Source: a virus
Lineage: Duplodnaviria; Heunggongvirae; Uroviricota; Caudoviricetes
DNA length: 16,502 nucleotides
IMG/VR virus record: IMGVR_UViG_2718217860_000005
Location: 1 to 16,502 of that record
Strand: one strand, 5' to 3'
The notes under the pieces were generated by a model. That model was given only the letters and a program-made list of their open reading frames with translations, did not search any database and was not told the origin of the DNA. Each line of letters opens with the position of its first letter. Positions within the stretch are counted from its first letter, which is position 1. The position numbers were made by a program, and so were the translations under genes. This document shows positions 1 to 8,304 of the stretch, piece by piece.

Positions 1-258
1 ATGCAAACCGTTATTTTTGGTCGTTCGGGTTGCCCTTACTGTGTGCGTGCAAAAGATCTGGCTGAGAAATTGAGCAATGAACGCGATGATTTTCAGTATC
101 AGTATGTAGATATTCGTGCGGAAGGGATCACTAAAGAAGATCTACAACAAAAGGCAGGTAAACCCGTAGAAACCGTGCCGCAGATTTTTGTCGATCAGCA
201 ACATATCGGCGGCTATACCGATTTTGCTGCATGGGTGAAAGAAAATCTGGACGCCTGA
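1..258 (+). CDS. grxA: glutaredoxin 1
   Basis: 85-aa ORF with the CPYC active site (GRSGCPYCVRAK) and full-length match to E. coli GrxA as I recall it. Followed by a hairpin terminator. Confidence 0.9.
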   Translation: MQTVIFGRSGCPYCVRAKDLAEKLSNERDDFQYQYVDIRAEGITKEDLQQKAGKPVETVPQIFVDQQHIGGYTDFAAWVKENLDA

Positions 259-267
259 TCGTCTGAC

Positions 268-300
268 AAGCCCTCGCGTTGAGGGCTTTACTGATTTTTT
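268..300 (+). terminator. probable intrinsic terminator after grxA
   Basis: 8-bp stem AAGCCCTC / GAGGGCTT (268-275, 281-288) with loop GCGTT, followed by a T-run at 295-300. The U-tract is a few nt distal to the stem, so strength is uncertain. It overlaps the ybjM stop codon on the other strand. Confidence 0.5.
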
Positions 301-665
301 CTGTGCTGTGGTTTAAACAAACTACTGATAAATAAGAAACACAGTGCCCCCAGCGCACACCAGAACACCGCGCTTAGTAACCATGCCAGCTCTTGCCAGA
401 ATGAGCGCGTCGGTGAAAAAAACAGCCGCATAATGAGCATCGAACAGGGTGCCGCCAGCATTGCGCCAAACAGAGGTTTCAGGACTTCTCTACGCTGTGA
501 AAAGAAGCTGGCGACTGCTCCAGGAAGAATGAAAAATAGCAAGCCGATTTCAGGATGCCCGGCAGCCCGAAAAGCGCCTTTCATGTGCGTCGCCAGAAAA
601 AGGCACACCACAATGAAGAGGACAAAACAGCAGATTGCCCCCGCCCAACGTTGTTTATGTTTCAC
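288..665 (-). CDS. ybjM: inner membrane protein YbjM
   Basis: 125-aa hydrophobic ORF beginning MKHKQRWAGAICCFVLF. Length and sequence match my recollection of E. coli YbjM, and grxA-ybjM-ybjL synteny is as in E. coli. Confidence 0.8.
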   Translation of the reverse strand: MKHKQRWAGAICCFVLFIVVCLFLATHMKGAFRAAGHPEIGLLFFILPGAVASFFSQRREVLKPLFGAMLAAPCSMLIMRLFFSPTRSFWQELAWLLSAVFWCALGALCFLFISSLFKPQHRKNQ

Positions 666-934
666 TCGTTCCTCCTGACACTGCGTCTATCGAACACATT
701 TTTCGCCAGTGTGGCGTTCAGTAAGATAAAGCCGCTTCGCATTCCATGCTAATATAGGCCAACGCAATTCATATAGCCGTTGATACCTAATGTGATTACA
801 CTAGTAAAATATATTGTTACTTTACTATCGTTTAGGTGCGCTGAATGAATCTGCGCCCTGAATTCTGGTAAAAAACATTATCGTAAATTACCATTTCTTT
901 CAACAGCTTACTAGTAAACAAGAAGTTAGCCTCC

Positions 935-2620
935 GTGAATATAAACGTCGCCGAATTGTTAAATGGGAATTACATTTTGTTATTATTTGTGGTCCTCGCG
1001 CTTGGGCTATGTCTCGGAAAGTTACGACTTGGTTCGATCCAACTGGGTAATTCCATTGGCGTTTTAGTCGTATCGCTGTTATTAGGCCAACAACATTTCA
1101 GCATTAACACCGATGCGCTTAATCTTGGCTTTATGCTGTTTATTTTCTGCGTCGGGGTCGAAGCCGGACCGAACTTTTTTTCCATTTTTTTTCGCGATGG
1201 GAAAAATTACCTAATGTTAGCACTGGTGATGGTTGGCAGTGCGCTGGTGATCGCCTTAGGGTTAGGTAAGCTGTTTGGCTGGGATATTGGCCTGACGGCC
1301 GGTATGTTAGCAGGCTCTATGACGTCGACACCGGTTCTGGTCGGTGCTGGCGATACACTGCGTCATTCCGGCATGGAAAGCAGGCAGCTCTCACTGGCAC
1401 TGGATAATCTGAGCCTCGGGTATGCCTTAACCTATTTAATCGGTCTGGTGAGTTTGATTGTTGGTGCGCGTTACTTGCCGAAATTGCAGCATCAGGACTT
1501 ACAGACCAGCGCCCAGCAAATCGCCCGCGAACGTGGCCTGGACACTGATGCCAACCGTAAGGTTTATTTACCGGTGATCCGCGCCTATCGCGTCGGCCCG
1601 GAGCTGGTGGCCTGGACCGACGGCAAAAATCTGCGTGAACTGGGTATTTATCGACAAACCGGCTGCTACATTGAACGTATTCGACGTAACGGGATTCTGG
1701 CAAATCCAGACGGTGATGCCGTGCTACAAATGGGCGATGAAATAGCGTTGGTAGGCTATCCCGACGCCCATGCCCGACTCGATCCCAGCTTCCGTAACGG
1801 TAAAGAAGTTTTCGATCGTGACCTTCTCGACATGCGTATCGTCACTGAAGAAGTGGTCGTTAAAAACCATAACGCTGTAGGTAAACGTCTCGCACAACTG
1901 AAGTTGACCGATCACGGTTGCTTCCTTAACCGCGTCATTCGTAGCCAGATTGAGATGCCGATAGATGACAACGTCGTGCTTAACAAAGGTGACGTTTTAC
2001 AAGTCAGCGGTGATGCCCGTCGCGTAAAAACCATCGCCGATCGCATCGGCTTTATCTCGATTCACAGCCAGGTCACTGACCTGCTGGCATTTTGCGCCTT
2101 CTTTGTTATTGGGCTGATGATCGGGATGATCACCTTCCAGTTCAGCACATTCAGTTTCGGCATGGGGAACGCTGCCGGGTTGTTATTCGCCGGAATTATG
2201 CTGGGCTTTATGCGTGCTAACCACCCGACCTTCGGTTACATTCCGCAAGGTGCATTAAGCATGGTGAAAGAGTTCGGCTTGATGGTGTTTATGGCAGGCG
2301 TTGGTCTGAGCGCCGGTAGCGGTATTAATAACGGCCTGGGCGCGATTGGCGGTCAGATGTTGATTGCCGGATTAATTGTCAGTCTTGTGCCCGTGGTTAT
2401 CTGTTTCTTGTTCGGTGCTTATGTATTGCGAATGAACCGCGCACTGTTGTTCGGCGCAATGATGGGCGCACGCACCTGCGCGCCGGCAATGGAGATCATC
2501 AGTGATACAGCTCGCAGTAACATCCCTGCGCTGGGCTATGCGGGCACCTACGCAATCGCCAACGTCCTGCTGACGCTGGCAGGGACAATCATCGTCATGG
2601 TATGGCCAGGATTAGGATAA
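935..2620 (+). CDS. ybjL: putative transporter YbjL (AAE-family permease with two internal TrkA-C-like regulatory domains)
   Basis: 561-aa ORF with a GTG start at 935 ([13 protein letters not shown]...). Hydrophobic N- and C-terminal halves flank a soluble central region. Length and sequence match E. coli YbjL as I recall it. Confidence 0.85.
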
Positions 2621-2661
2621 AACTGAAGTTGCCCTGAAAATGAAATTTTTTTGCACAACCG

Positions 2662-2690
2662 CAGAACTTTTCCGCAGGGCATCAGTCTTA
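2662..2690 (+). promoter_or_regulatory. sigma-E (RpoE) type promoter of rybB
   Basis: -35-like GAACTT at 2664-2669 (consensus GGAACTT), 16-nt spacer, -10-like TCTTA at 2686-2690 (consensus TCTGA/TCAAA), then 6 nt to the RybB 5' end at 2697. RybB is known to be sigma-E dependent. Confidence 0.6.
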
Positions 2691-2696
2691 ATTAAT

Positions 2697-2775
2697 GCCA
2701 CTGCTTTTCTTTGATGTCCCCATTTTGTGGAGCCCATCAACCCCGCCATTTCGGTTCAAGGTTGATGGGTTTTTT
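2697..2775 (+). ncRNA. rybB: RybB small regulatory RNA (sigma-E-dependent, Hfq-binding OMP regulator)
   Basis: The 79-nt stretch GCCACTGCTTTTCTTTGATGTCCCC...GGTTGATGGGTTTTTT matches the RybB sequence as I remember it, including the 5' seed. It ends in a 10-bp hairpin (CCCATCAACC 2733-2742 / GGTTGATGGG 2760-2769) plus T6 at 2770-2775. In E. coli K-12 rybB lies between rcdA (ybjK) and ybjL. Confidence 0.75.
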
Positions 2776-2855
2776 GTTGCCTAAAATTTATTCTATTTAA
2801 AATCATGAGGTTAGAAGCACTGTTTTTTAACGATGGCGACAAAATGGCGGCAGCG

Positions 2856-3074
2856 TCAAAGAGAGAGCGCCACCTGTCCTGATTTCATTGGATGCGGCTG
2901 AACCGGATTTGACTCTTTTGGCGTTGCAATCGAACGAACAAAAGTTTCATGGGTAACAAAAGTATGGCTGCAGTTAATATTCTGGCACTGGTTGTAACGC
3001 TCTTTGGTCAATGAAGATACCTGAAAACTGCTGCGAGTATGGGCGGCACTTCCACACAGTGGGCAAATCATCAT
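2856..3074 (-). CDS. ogr: Ogr/Delta-family zinc-finger late-gene transcription activator
   Basis: C-x2-C-x22-C-x4-C motif (CPLCGSAAH...KERYNQCQNINC) and clear similarity to P2 Ogr. Starting at the ATG at 3074 gives 72 aa, the same length as P2 Ogr, with a GGGGAGA Shine-Dalgarno about 9 nt upstream. The ORF track's GTG at 3107 would add 11 residues. Confidence 0.8.
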   Translation of the reverse strand: MMICPLCGSAAHTRSSFQVSSLTKERYNQCQNINCSHTFVTHETFVRSIATPKESNPVQPHPMKSGQVALSL

Positions 3075-3164
3075 TTTTCGAGTTCTCCCCATTTTTGCTA
3101 AATTCACAATAATGATACCGCATTATTCCATTTTGCAAACTTAAAAGTTCTCCATTGCGAAGAA

Positions 3165-4265
3165 TCATTCCATTTCGAAATCATCAATCCTCACTTCAAG
3201 CTCCAGACTGGTCGTAAAACCGTTATCCGGGCTGACGGTATGCGTCAGAGTCGTAATGGTCCATTCCGCATCATCTATCGGCTGTTTAAAGCCACTGACT
3301 TTCACTGGCATTTCCGTGTAGAGATCTGCCCGACCTTCCGCCAGTTGTAGCGAGAATGACGCAACGCCGCGTTGCAGGCGTTCCCACTGCATTTTCGCCG
3401 CTCGTTCGGCGTTGCTCCGGTTGGCATAAGTGCGATTAAGTACCAGCACGTTTTCATCCGTACCCACCAGGTAATCGCCCTGCTTCGCTTCCGGCTCTTT
3501 CTTCTGCTTCTTAGTCCTGCGCTTACGCTTCACCGTGGTGCTTTCTTTCTTCGAGGGTTCGCGAGTATGCAACCAGCTGGCAATTACGCCCGTGTAAGCT
3601 CCGCGATCTGCCAGGGTAAAGCGGTGACTGTCGCCGTCCTTACGTGTGATAGTGATCACCGGCAGTGGTTTACCGCTGGCACTTTTACCCTGTCCCTGTC
3701 GGATGAATAACAGATTGCCATTTTTCACTGACGCGATAGCACCGTACTGGCGCGCCAGCCGCATCAGAAAACTGCCGTCACTCTCATTAGTCTGGTCTAT
3801 ATGTTCCACGGGCTTATCCGACAGGTCATTACCCAGTGCCATCTTCAGCTTGTGACGCGCGGCTATTTCCTTGACCACTTCCCCGACAGTGGTCTTGTGC
3901 CACGACTTTTCACGGCGGGTATTCAGCGTTTCACGAAAATCAGCACTTCGCGCCCGGATAGTCAGGCGGTCCGGTGCGCCAGTGTGTTCAATCTCGTCCA
4001 CCGTGAATGCCCCTTTCGGGAAAAGCGGCTGCCCCTTCCAGCCCAGCGCCAGCGTAATGACCGCACCACGGCGCGGCAGCGCTATTTTTCCATCGGCGTC
4101 GTCCAGCTCCAGATCAAGCTGGTCCGCTTCAAAGCCCCGGTTATCCGTCAGCGTCAGCCTCATCAGGCGGTTATCCAGCACAGTGGTGATATCCCTGCCC
4201 TCAATACTGATGCTGAATGCGGGAGTTTTGTTGCCTTTGTTAAGCAGTTCAGAGCTGAAATTCAC
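3165..4265 (-). CDS. D: P2 gpD-like tail protein
   Basis: 366-aa ORF in the position of P2 gene D (between U and ogr) with matching length class. Start overlaps the U stop (ATGA). Identified by synteny and recalled similarity to gpD. Confidence 0.75.
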   Translation of the reverse strand: MNFSSELLNKGNKTPAFSISIEGRDITTVLDNRLMRLTLTDNRGFEADQLDLELDDADGKIALPRRGAVITLALGWKGQPLFPKGAFTVDEIEHTGAPDRLTIRARSADFRETLNTRREKSWHKTTVGEVVKEIAARHKLKMALGNDLSDKPVEHIDQTNESDGSFLMRLARQYGAIASVKNGNLLFIRQGQGKSASGKPLPVITITRKDGDSHRFTLADRGAYTGVIASWLHTREPSKKESTTVKRKRRTKKQKKEPEAKQGDYLVGTDENVLVLNRTYANRSNAERAAKMQWERLQRGVASFSLQLAEGRADLYTEMPVKVSGFKQPIDDAEWTITTLTHTVSPDNGFTTSLELEVRIDDFEME

Positions 4266-4747
4266 GACAGCAGCCCTCCCACCGTTTTACTGATATCACT
4301 TAAGGCAGATGTTGCCGTGTCCTGCAGATTATTCAGTTGCGTACTGAGATCACCGAACATATCGGACAGGGATTCATCCACCCGTTTGAGCGACAGGGTG
4401 AACTCAATCCGCCGCGGCATACCGTCGCGGAAAAACTCCGTTTTAGTCAGATTCAGTCCCTCAATCACATACATGCCGTAAATCGTGCCGCTGCCTTCAA
4501 TCAGGGGCCATGCTTTTCCCTGTTCTGCCATCTGCTCCAGAGCCAGCAACGACAGCCTGCCGCCCGTTATCTCCGGCATAAGAACACCAGAAAGCGTCAG
4601 CATGTCGTTGTCCGGTCCCAGAAACTGCGTGGACGGACGACGGTTTACCCGGCTGTTTGCCGCATGTCGCCAGCTGCGTTGATACTGCAGTTCCTGATAC
4701 GGAACGGTGCGCAGCATAAACACGTACAATCCCAGCACCATCATCAT
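4262..4747 (-). CDS. U: P2 gpU-like tail protein
   Basis: 161-aa ORF (P2 gpU is about 159 aa) between T and D, with ATGA overlaps at both ends. Confidence 0.75.
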   Translation of the reverse strand: MMMVLGLYVFMLRTVPYQELQYQRSWRHAANSRVNRRPSTQFLGPDNDMLTLSGVLMPEITGGRLSLLALEQMAEQGKAWPLIEGSGTIYGMYVIEGLNLTKTEFFRDGMPRRIEFTLSLKRVDESLSDMFGDLSTQLNNLQDTATSALSDISKTVGGLLS

Positions 4748-7700
4748 GCGTCGTATCCCCCCTGATCGCTGTAGTTACTCCTGGCTTTTGCCTTCAGCCT
4801 GCGTTCACGTTCATCAAGCTGGCGTGCCACCTCCCGCGCAATATCCTGCGCACTTTGTCCTGGCTGCATCTGAATGATGATCTGCGTCGGTGCCTCAATC
4901 CTGTAAACGGGCGGCACAGTGGCTGCACGACTCACCATCGCTTCGCCGCCTTTCGCGGGAAGTGCCAAAGGATGCAACGGTGGAAGCTCTGCAGGCGCGG
5001 CAGCAACGCCCATCATTCCGGCAACAACGGCAGCCAGTGCAGCTGTATTTCTCCGGCTGGTCACATTTGCCGGGCCGTTAACAATTTCCGGCCCGTTTTC
5101 ACCGACGATGCCAAACTGCCCGCGCGGGATATAGCCGCCGCTGTCATACATCCCCGCAAAGCCATATCCCCATGACGGAAAACCACCCGATGGCATCATC
5201 ACTTTACCGTTTGTATTCACCGTCGCAGGTTGCTGACGCGTCACACTTTCCGGTAGTTTCGCCTTTGCGGCCTCTTTACTGACAACGCCGAGTTTCTCCA
5301 GCAACCAGGAAACGCCGGATTTCAGGGAGTCCAGCGGATGCATGACCATATTCAGCCCTTCCGCCAGTGCCTCCCCGAATCGCCGCCCCATTGCCGCTGC
5401 ACTCTGCAGTTCGGCAGAGGTTGACTTAACGGGCGTCAGCAGATCAGTAAACCAGCCCCACAGCGCCTGTACTTTGTCGCCAATCCACTGGAACACGGGC
5501 TTAAGCGGTTCGAATGCTGCACTGACGGGACCTGCCGCCGCTTTGAATCCTTCCACCACGCCACCAAGAAATGCGGTGATGGGTTGCCAGTATTTCCAGA
5601 CAACCAGCGCCACGCCCGCCAGTGCAGTAACCACAAGACCTATCGGACTGAGCAGAGCACCTAACAGACCAGATACGGCATACAGGGCAACGCGCAGCAT
5701 CGCCAGTGGACCAGATGCCAGTACTCGCAGCACCGTGCCTGCGGCGGCCAGTCCACCACGCAGTACCGCCAGAGGATTCATAAACATCACAGCAACAGCA
5801 CGTAAACCGGATAATCCAGACCGCAAAAGTGCAACCGGCGCACCTGCTACAGTTTTCAGGACATTTCCCGTCAGTGATGCCGTGCGGCGCAAAGACGACA
5901 ACGGCGCAGTAAGTAAACCCGCAGCGTGGCCCGATGAAGCAAGCCCGCGTCGCAGCAGTGCCAGTGGTGCGCCAGCCAGCCAGGACAACGCGCTGCTGGT
6001 TCGAGTTACTGCTGCCGTAACGGAAGGTAACGTTTTGATACCCAGCACAGAGAACCCCAGACGGATCACTGCCAGCGGCCCCAGCACTGCAGCTAACACC
6101 ACCGCTAAGGTGCCGAGGCCCACGGTAACCGCAGCCACAACAGCCGCCGCTTTCATCAGTGTGCCCGTCAGTTCCGGGTTAGCTTCCACCCAGCGACGCA
6201 ACGCCCCCGTGACGCTTTTCACCGTGAACAGAATATCCATCAGCGGCTGGCGCAGCGTTTCGCCCAGGCTGCTGAAGGTGTTCTGCGCTCCGGTTTTGAC
6301 CAGCAACCACTGAGCAGAAAGTGAGTCTTTGTTGATGTCGGATTCTTTCTGCATGGAGCCGAGCGCATCATTGCCCGCTGTCAGTTTTAGCTGGCGCTGC
6401 AGTTCCGGCAGGTTGTTTGCCAGTTTCGCCGCGTCATCGCCAAACTCTTTACCAAACAACATGGTCATGGCAGACAGGCGCTTATCCTGCGGCAGCGCGT
6501 TCACCTTCTCCAGCACGCGCTGGATGGTTCCCATCGCATCCTTCGTCATCTGCTTTTCAATCACTTCAGGATTGAGTTTCAGCAGATTCATCCCTTCAAA
6601 GAAACTCTTGCTCTGCATGGTGGCAATGGACAATTCACGCACCATCGCGTTTGCTGCACTGGCTGCAACCTCTGGCGCAGCGCCCAGTGTCAGGAAGGTG
6701 GAACCCAGCGCCGCCGCTTTACGATAATCCAGACGATCAGCCACACCGCCCAGGCGTTGCATGACATCAATGATGTCTGCCCCTTTCGACATGGCGTTAT
6801 CATCCAGATAGTTCAGCGCATCACCGAGCTGTTCAATATTGCGGGTAGGGATTTTGTAGAGCTGGGCGATTTTCCCCAGACTTTCTGACAGTTCATCCGC
6901 TGGCAGCTCAAAGGCTGTTGCCGCCTTTGCTGCCGTACTGGCTAAGGCCAGCAGGTCACGTTTCTGGTCCTCCCAGCTGTCGTCAGGGTTTGCAACGTTC
7001 ATACGCGCACCACCTTCAACCAGTGCAGCGAAGTCCACCGCACCGTTTTCCATCGGCAACTGTTCGCTGGCAGCTTTGATGGCATCCTGCATTTCATAAA
7101 AACGTGCAGTGCGGTTGCCATTATCGTCACGCAGACCATTGACCTGCTTTGCCACACCTTTCATGGCATCTTCCATGCTGGTATAGCTTTTTACTGCCGC
7201 CATCACTGGCGTCCCCATTGCCAGCCCTGCCGCCGTGGTGGTGGCTCCGGTTCCTGCGATGCGATCGCGCACCTCCAGCGAACGGGCATAACTGGCACGC
7301 GCTGCATTCATCCTGCGCTGAGCTTCCCCCAGTCGCTTCAGCCGCGCCTCCTGTTTCGACAGTTCCTGGTTATAACGTGATGTTTCACGGGCTAAACGGG
7401 CAGTTGCTCCCGCATCATCTTTCGCAGAAATTCCCGCCCGGTACAGTTCTGCACGCACAAGCGCCGTTTGCTTCTGCAAATATTTTTGTTGTTCTTCCAG
7501 GCGTTGGACTGCCAGTGTTTGCCGACCTAAAGCCACAAGGTGCCGTTGTGATGGTTGTTCCATCGCTTCCAGCTCAGAACTAAGCAAATTTGCCTTCTGT
7601 CTGGCATAGTTCAGCCTGTCGCCTAACTTTTTGTTATCGGCCTGCAGCTTGCGAAATTTTTCCAGGCTGTTACCCGCCTGATTGAGTTGCTTTAATGCGT

Positions 7701-7821
7701 CACGGGAGTTTCTGATTGCGCCAGCCAGCTCTTTCGAACTGGCCTGTGCAGCACGGAATGGGCGGGTGAGTTTGTCAACCGCATTAAGAATGACCTGCAG
7801 GCGCAGGTTATTATCACTCAT
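4744..7821 (-). CDS. T: tail tape measure protein (gpT-like)
   Basis: 1025-aa ORF directly after E/E'. The N-terminal third is coiled-coil-like (repeated Q/E/K/L/R heptad-like stretches) and the central region is very Ala/Gly/Leu-rich and hydrophobic, as is typical of tape measure proteins. It starts MSDNNLR, overlapping the E' stop. Confidence 0.85.
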   Translation of the reverse strand: MSDNNLRLQVILNAVDKLTRPFRAAQASSKELAGAIRNSRDALKQLNQAGNSLEKFRKLQADNKKLGDRLNYARQKANLLSSELEAMEQPSQRHLVALGRQTLAVQRLEEQQKYLQKQTALVRAELYRAGISAKDDAGATARLARETSRYNQELSKQEARLKRLGEAQRRMNAARASYARSLEVRDRIAGTGATTTAAGLAMGTPVMAAVKSYTSMEDAMKGVAKQVNGLRDDNGNRTARFYEMQDAIKAASEQLPMENGAVDFAALVEGGARMNVANPDDSWEDQKRDLLALASTAAKAATAFELPADELSESLGKIAQLYKIPTRNIEQLGDALNYLDDNAMSKGADIIDVMQRLGGVADRLDYRKAAALGSTFLTLGAAPEVAASAANAMVRELSIATMQSKSFFEGMNLLKLNPEVIEKQMTKDAMGTIQRVLEKVNALPQDKRLSAMTMLFGKEFGDDAAKLANNLPELQRQLKLTAGNDALGSMQKESDINKDSLSAQWLLVKTGAQNTFSSLGETLRQPLMDILFTVKSVTGALRRWVEANPELTGTLMKAAAVVAAVTVGLGTLAVVLAAVLGPLAVIRLGFSVLGIKTLPSVTAAVTRTSSALSWLAGAPLALLRRGLASSGHAAGLLTAPLSSLRRTASLTGNVLKTVAGAPVALLRSGLSGLRAVAVMFMNPLAVLRGGLAAAGTVLRVLASGPLAMLRVALYAVSGLLGALLSPIGLVVTALAGVALVVWKYWQPITAFLGGVVEGFKAAAGPVSAAFEPLKPVFQWIGDKVQALWGWFTDLLTPVKSTSAELQSAAAMGRRFGEALAEGLNMVMHPLDSLKSGVSWLLEKLGVVSKEAAKAKLPESVTRQQPATVNTNGKVMMPSGGFPSWGYGFAGMYDSGGYIPRGQFGIVGENGPEIVNGPANVTSRRNTAALAAVVAGMMGVAAAPAELPPLHPLALPAKGGEAMVSRAATVPPVYRIEAPTQIIIQMQPGQSAQDIAREVARQLDERERRLKAKARSNYSDQGGYDA

Positions 7822-8250
7822 CGTTAGCCCCGCTTCTCTGAATCGCTTTATACCGCCATTCCAGCACTTCGGTCAGCGGCATAACGTCAGTAACGGATGG
7901 CGGCCAGTGAAAGATGGTGGCGATATCAGCCACCAGATCGTCAACCGTCAGGCTGTCGGTAAACCGGCAAGCACCGACTTCTTCAACAAAAAAGTGACAA
8001 CCTCAACCGACATAGCGGTGAGATCTGCCGGGTCCATCTCTGCAATTTCCTGTGCAGTCAGTGCCGGGCTGGAGATGCGGGGGATCACGGTCATCATCGC
8101 GTTCACATCCATATCCATAATGGCCTGCAGGCGTGTACCGCGCAGTGCACCAGACTGCGGTTTACGCAGCACAATTTCGGTGATTTCCGTTTTACCGCGC
8201 TTGATAGGGGTATCCAGTTGAATAGTCTTTTCAGTCTGCTTATCGCTCAT
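7814..8250 (-). CDS. tail assembly chaperone E+E' fusion (programmed -1 frameshift product)
   Basis: Hand translation: the E frame reads ...ACT TTT TTG (T86 F87 L88). After a -1 slip on T TTT TTG (minus strand, 7993-7987) the new frame continues GTT GAA GAA GTC GGT ... for about 54 codons to a TGA at 7816-7814. The predicted fusion is about 142 aa, the size of P2 gpE+E', and ends just inside the T start region. Confidence 0.7.
7948..8250 (-). CDS. E: tail assembly chaperone gpE (zero-frame product)
   Basis: 100-aa ORF with an N-terminus resembling P2 gpE (TIQLDTPIKRGKTEITEIVLRKP...). It is preceded by an AGGA Shine-Dalgarno and contains the slippery heptamer near its 3' end. Confidence 0.8.
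   Translation of the reverse strand: MSDKQTEKTIQLDTPIKRGKTEITEIVLRKPQSGALRGTRLQAIMDMDVNAMMTVIPRISSPALTAQEIAEMDPADLTAMSVEVVTFLLKKSVLAGLPTA
7987..7993 (-). other. -1 programmed ribosomal frameshift slippery heptamer T-TTT-TTG
   Basis: Plus-strand CAAAAAA at 7987-7993 is TTTTTTG on the coding (minus) strand, in X-XXY-YYZ register with the E frame. The same heptamer is used in the P2 E/E' frameshift. Confidence 0.7.
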
Positions 8251-8275
8251 TTTGTTGTCCTGTAAATTGGGTTCT

Positions 8276-8293
8276 GGCGCGGAATCCCGCGCC
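8276..8293 (-). other. GC-only hairpin in the FII-E intergenic spacer
   Basis: GGCGCGG-AATC-CCGCGCC (7-bp stem) lies between the FII stop (8305) and the E start (8250). No U-tract follows on the transcribed strand, so it is more likely an RNA stability or attenuation element than a full terminator. Confidence 0.4.
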
Positions 8294-8304
8294 GTTCAGA
8301 TACA

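Noticed and set aside
131-752. ORFs overlapping grxA and ybjM on the opposite strands (131-358 minus, 433-678 plus, 555-752 plus)
   Set aside because: They overlap recognised conserved genes. The Arg/Lys-rich translations are typical of antisense reading of a membrane-protein gene.
970-1915. Minus-strand ORFs inside ybjL (970-1185, 1317-1703, 1724-1915)
   Set aside because: They are embedded antisense in a conserved transporter gene and have no independent support.
2829-2852. Imperfect inverted copy of a RybB segment (CCATTTTGT..GCC.ATC) just downstream of the ogr stop, as a possible att core duplicate
   Set aside because: It matches only about 16-17 of 22 positions, with a gap, and in inverted orientation. 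That is within chance expectation for a sequence this short, and att cores are direct repeats. It can be resolved only by comparison with the empty site and the attL end.
2700-2860. tRNA or tRNA fragment at the prophage junction
   Set aside because: I found no cloverleaf-compatible T-arm with a CCA-proximal acceptor stem. The structured element here is the RybB terminator hairpin, and the GGTTCAAGG stretch lies within the RybB 3' stem-loop.
3075-3107. 11-codon N-terminal extension of ogr from a GTG start
   Set aside because: Starting at the ATG at 3074 gives exactly the 72-aa length of P2 Ogr and has a GGGGAGA Shine-Dalgarno. The extension is probably not translated, though this is not certain.
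2974-3168. 64-aa minus-strand ORF spanning the D-ogr spacer and the start of ogr
   Set aside because: It overlaps the ogr N-terminal region in another frame. The spacer is better explained as the ogr promoter and ribosome-binding region.
3372-4765. Plus-strand ORFs antisense to D and U (3372-3710, 3646-3855, 3801-4481, 3871-4293, 4337-4765, 4485-4682)
   Set aside because: All are nested inside the gpD/gpU coding regions on the opposite strand, with low-complexity translations and no Shine-Dalgarno. They are treated as frame artefacts.
5342-6313. Long plus-strand ORFs (323 aa here; also 6329-6727, 7149-7583, 7682-8221 and 4855-5175) lying antisense to the tape measure gene
   Set aside because: They overlap a well-supported 1025-aa gene on the opposite strand. 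Their translations are low-complexity Pro/Ala/Ser/Thr/Arg-rich, as expected from antisense reading of GC-rich coding DNA, and none has a convincing start context.
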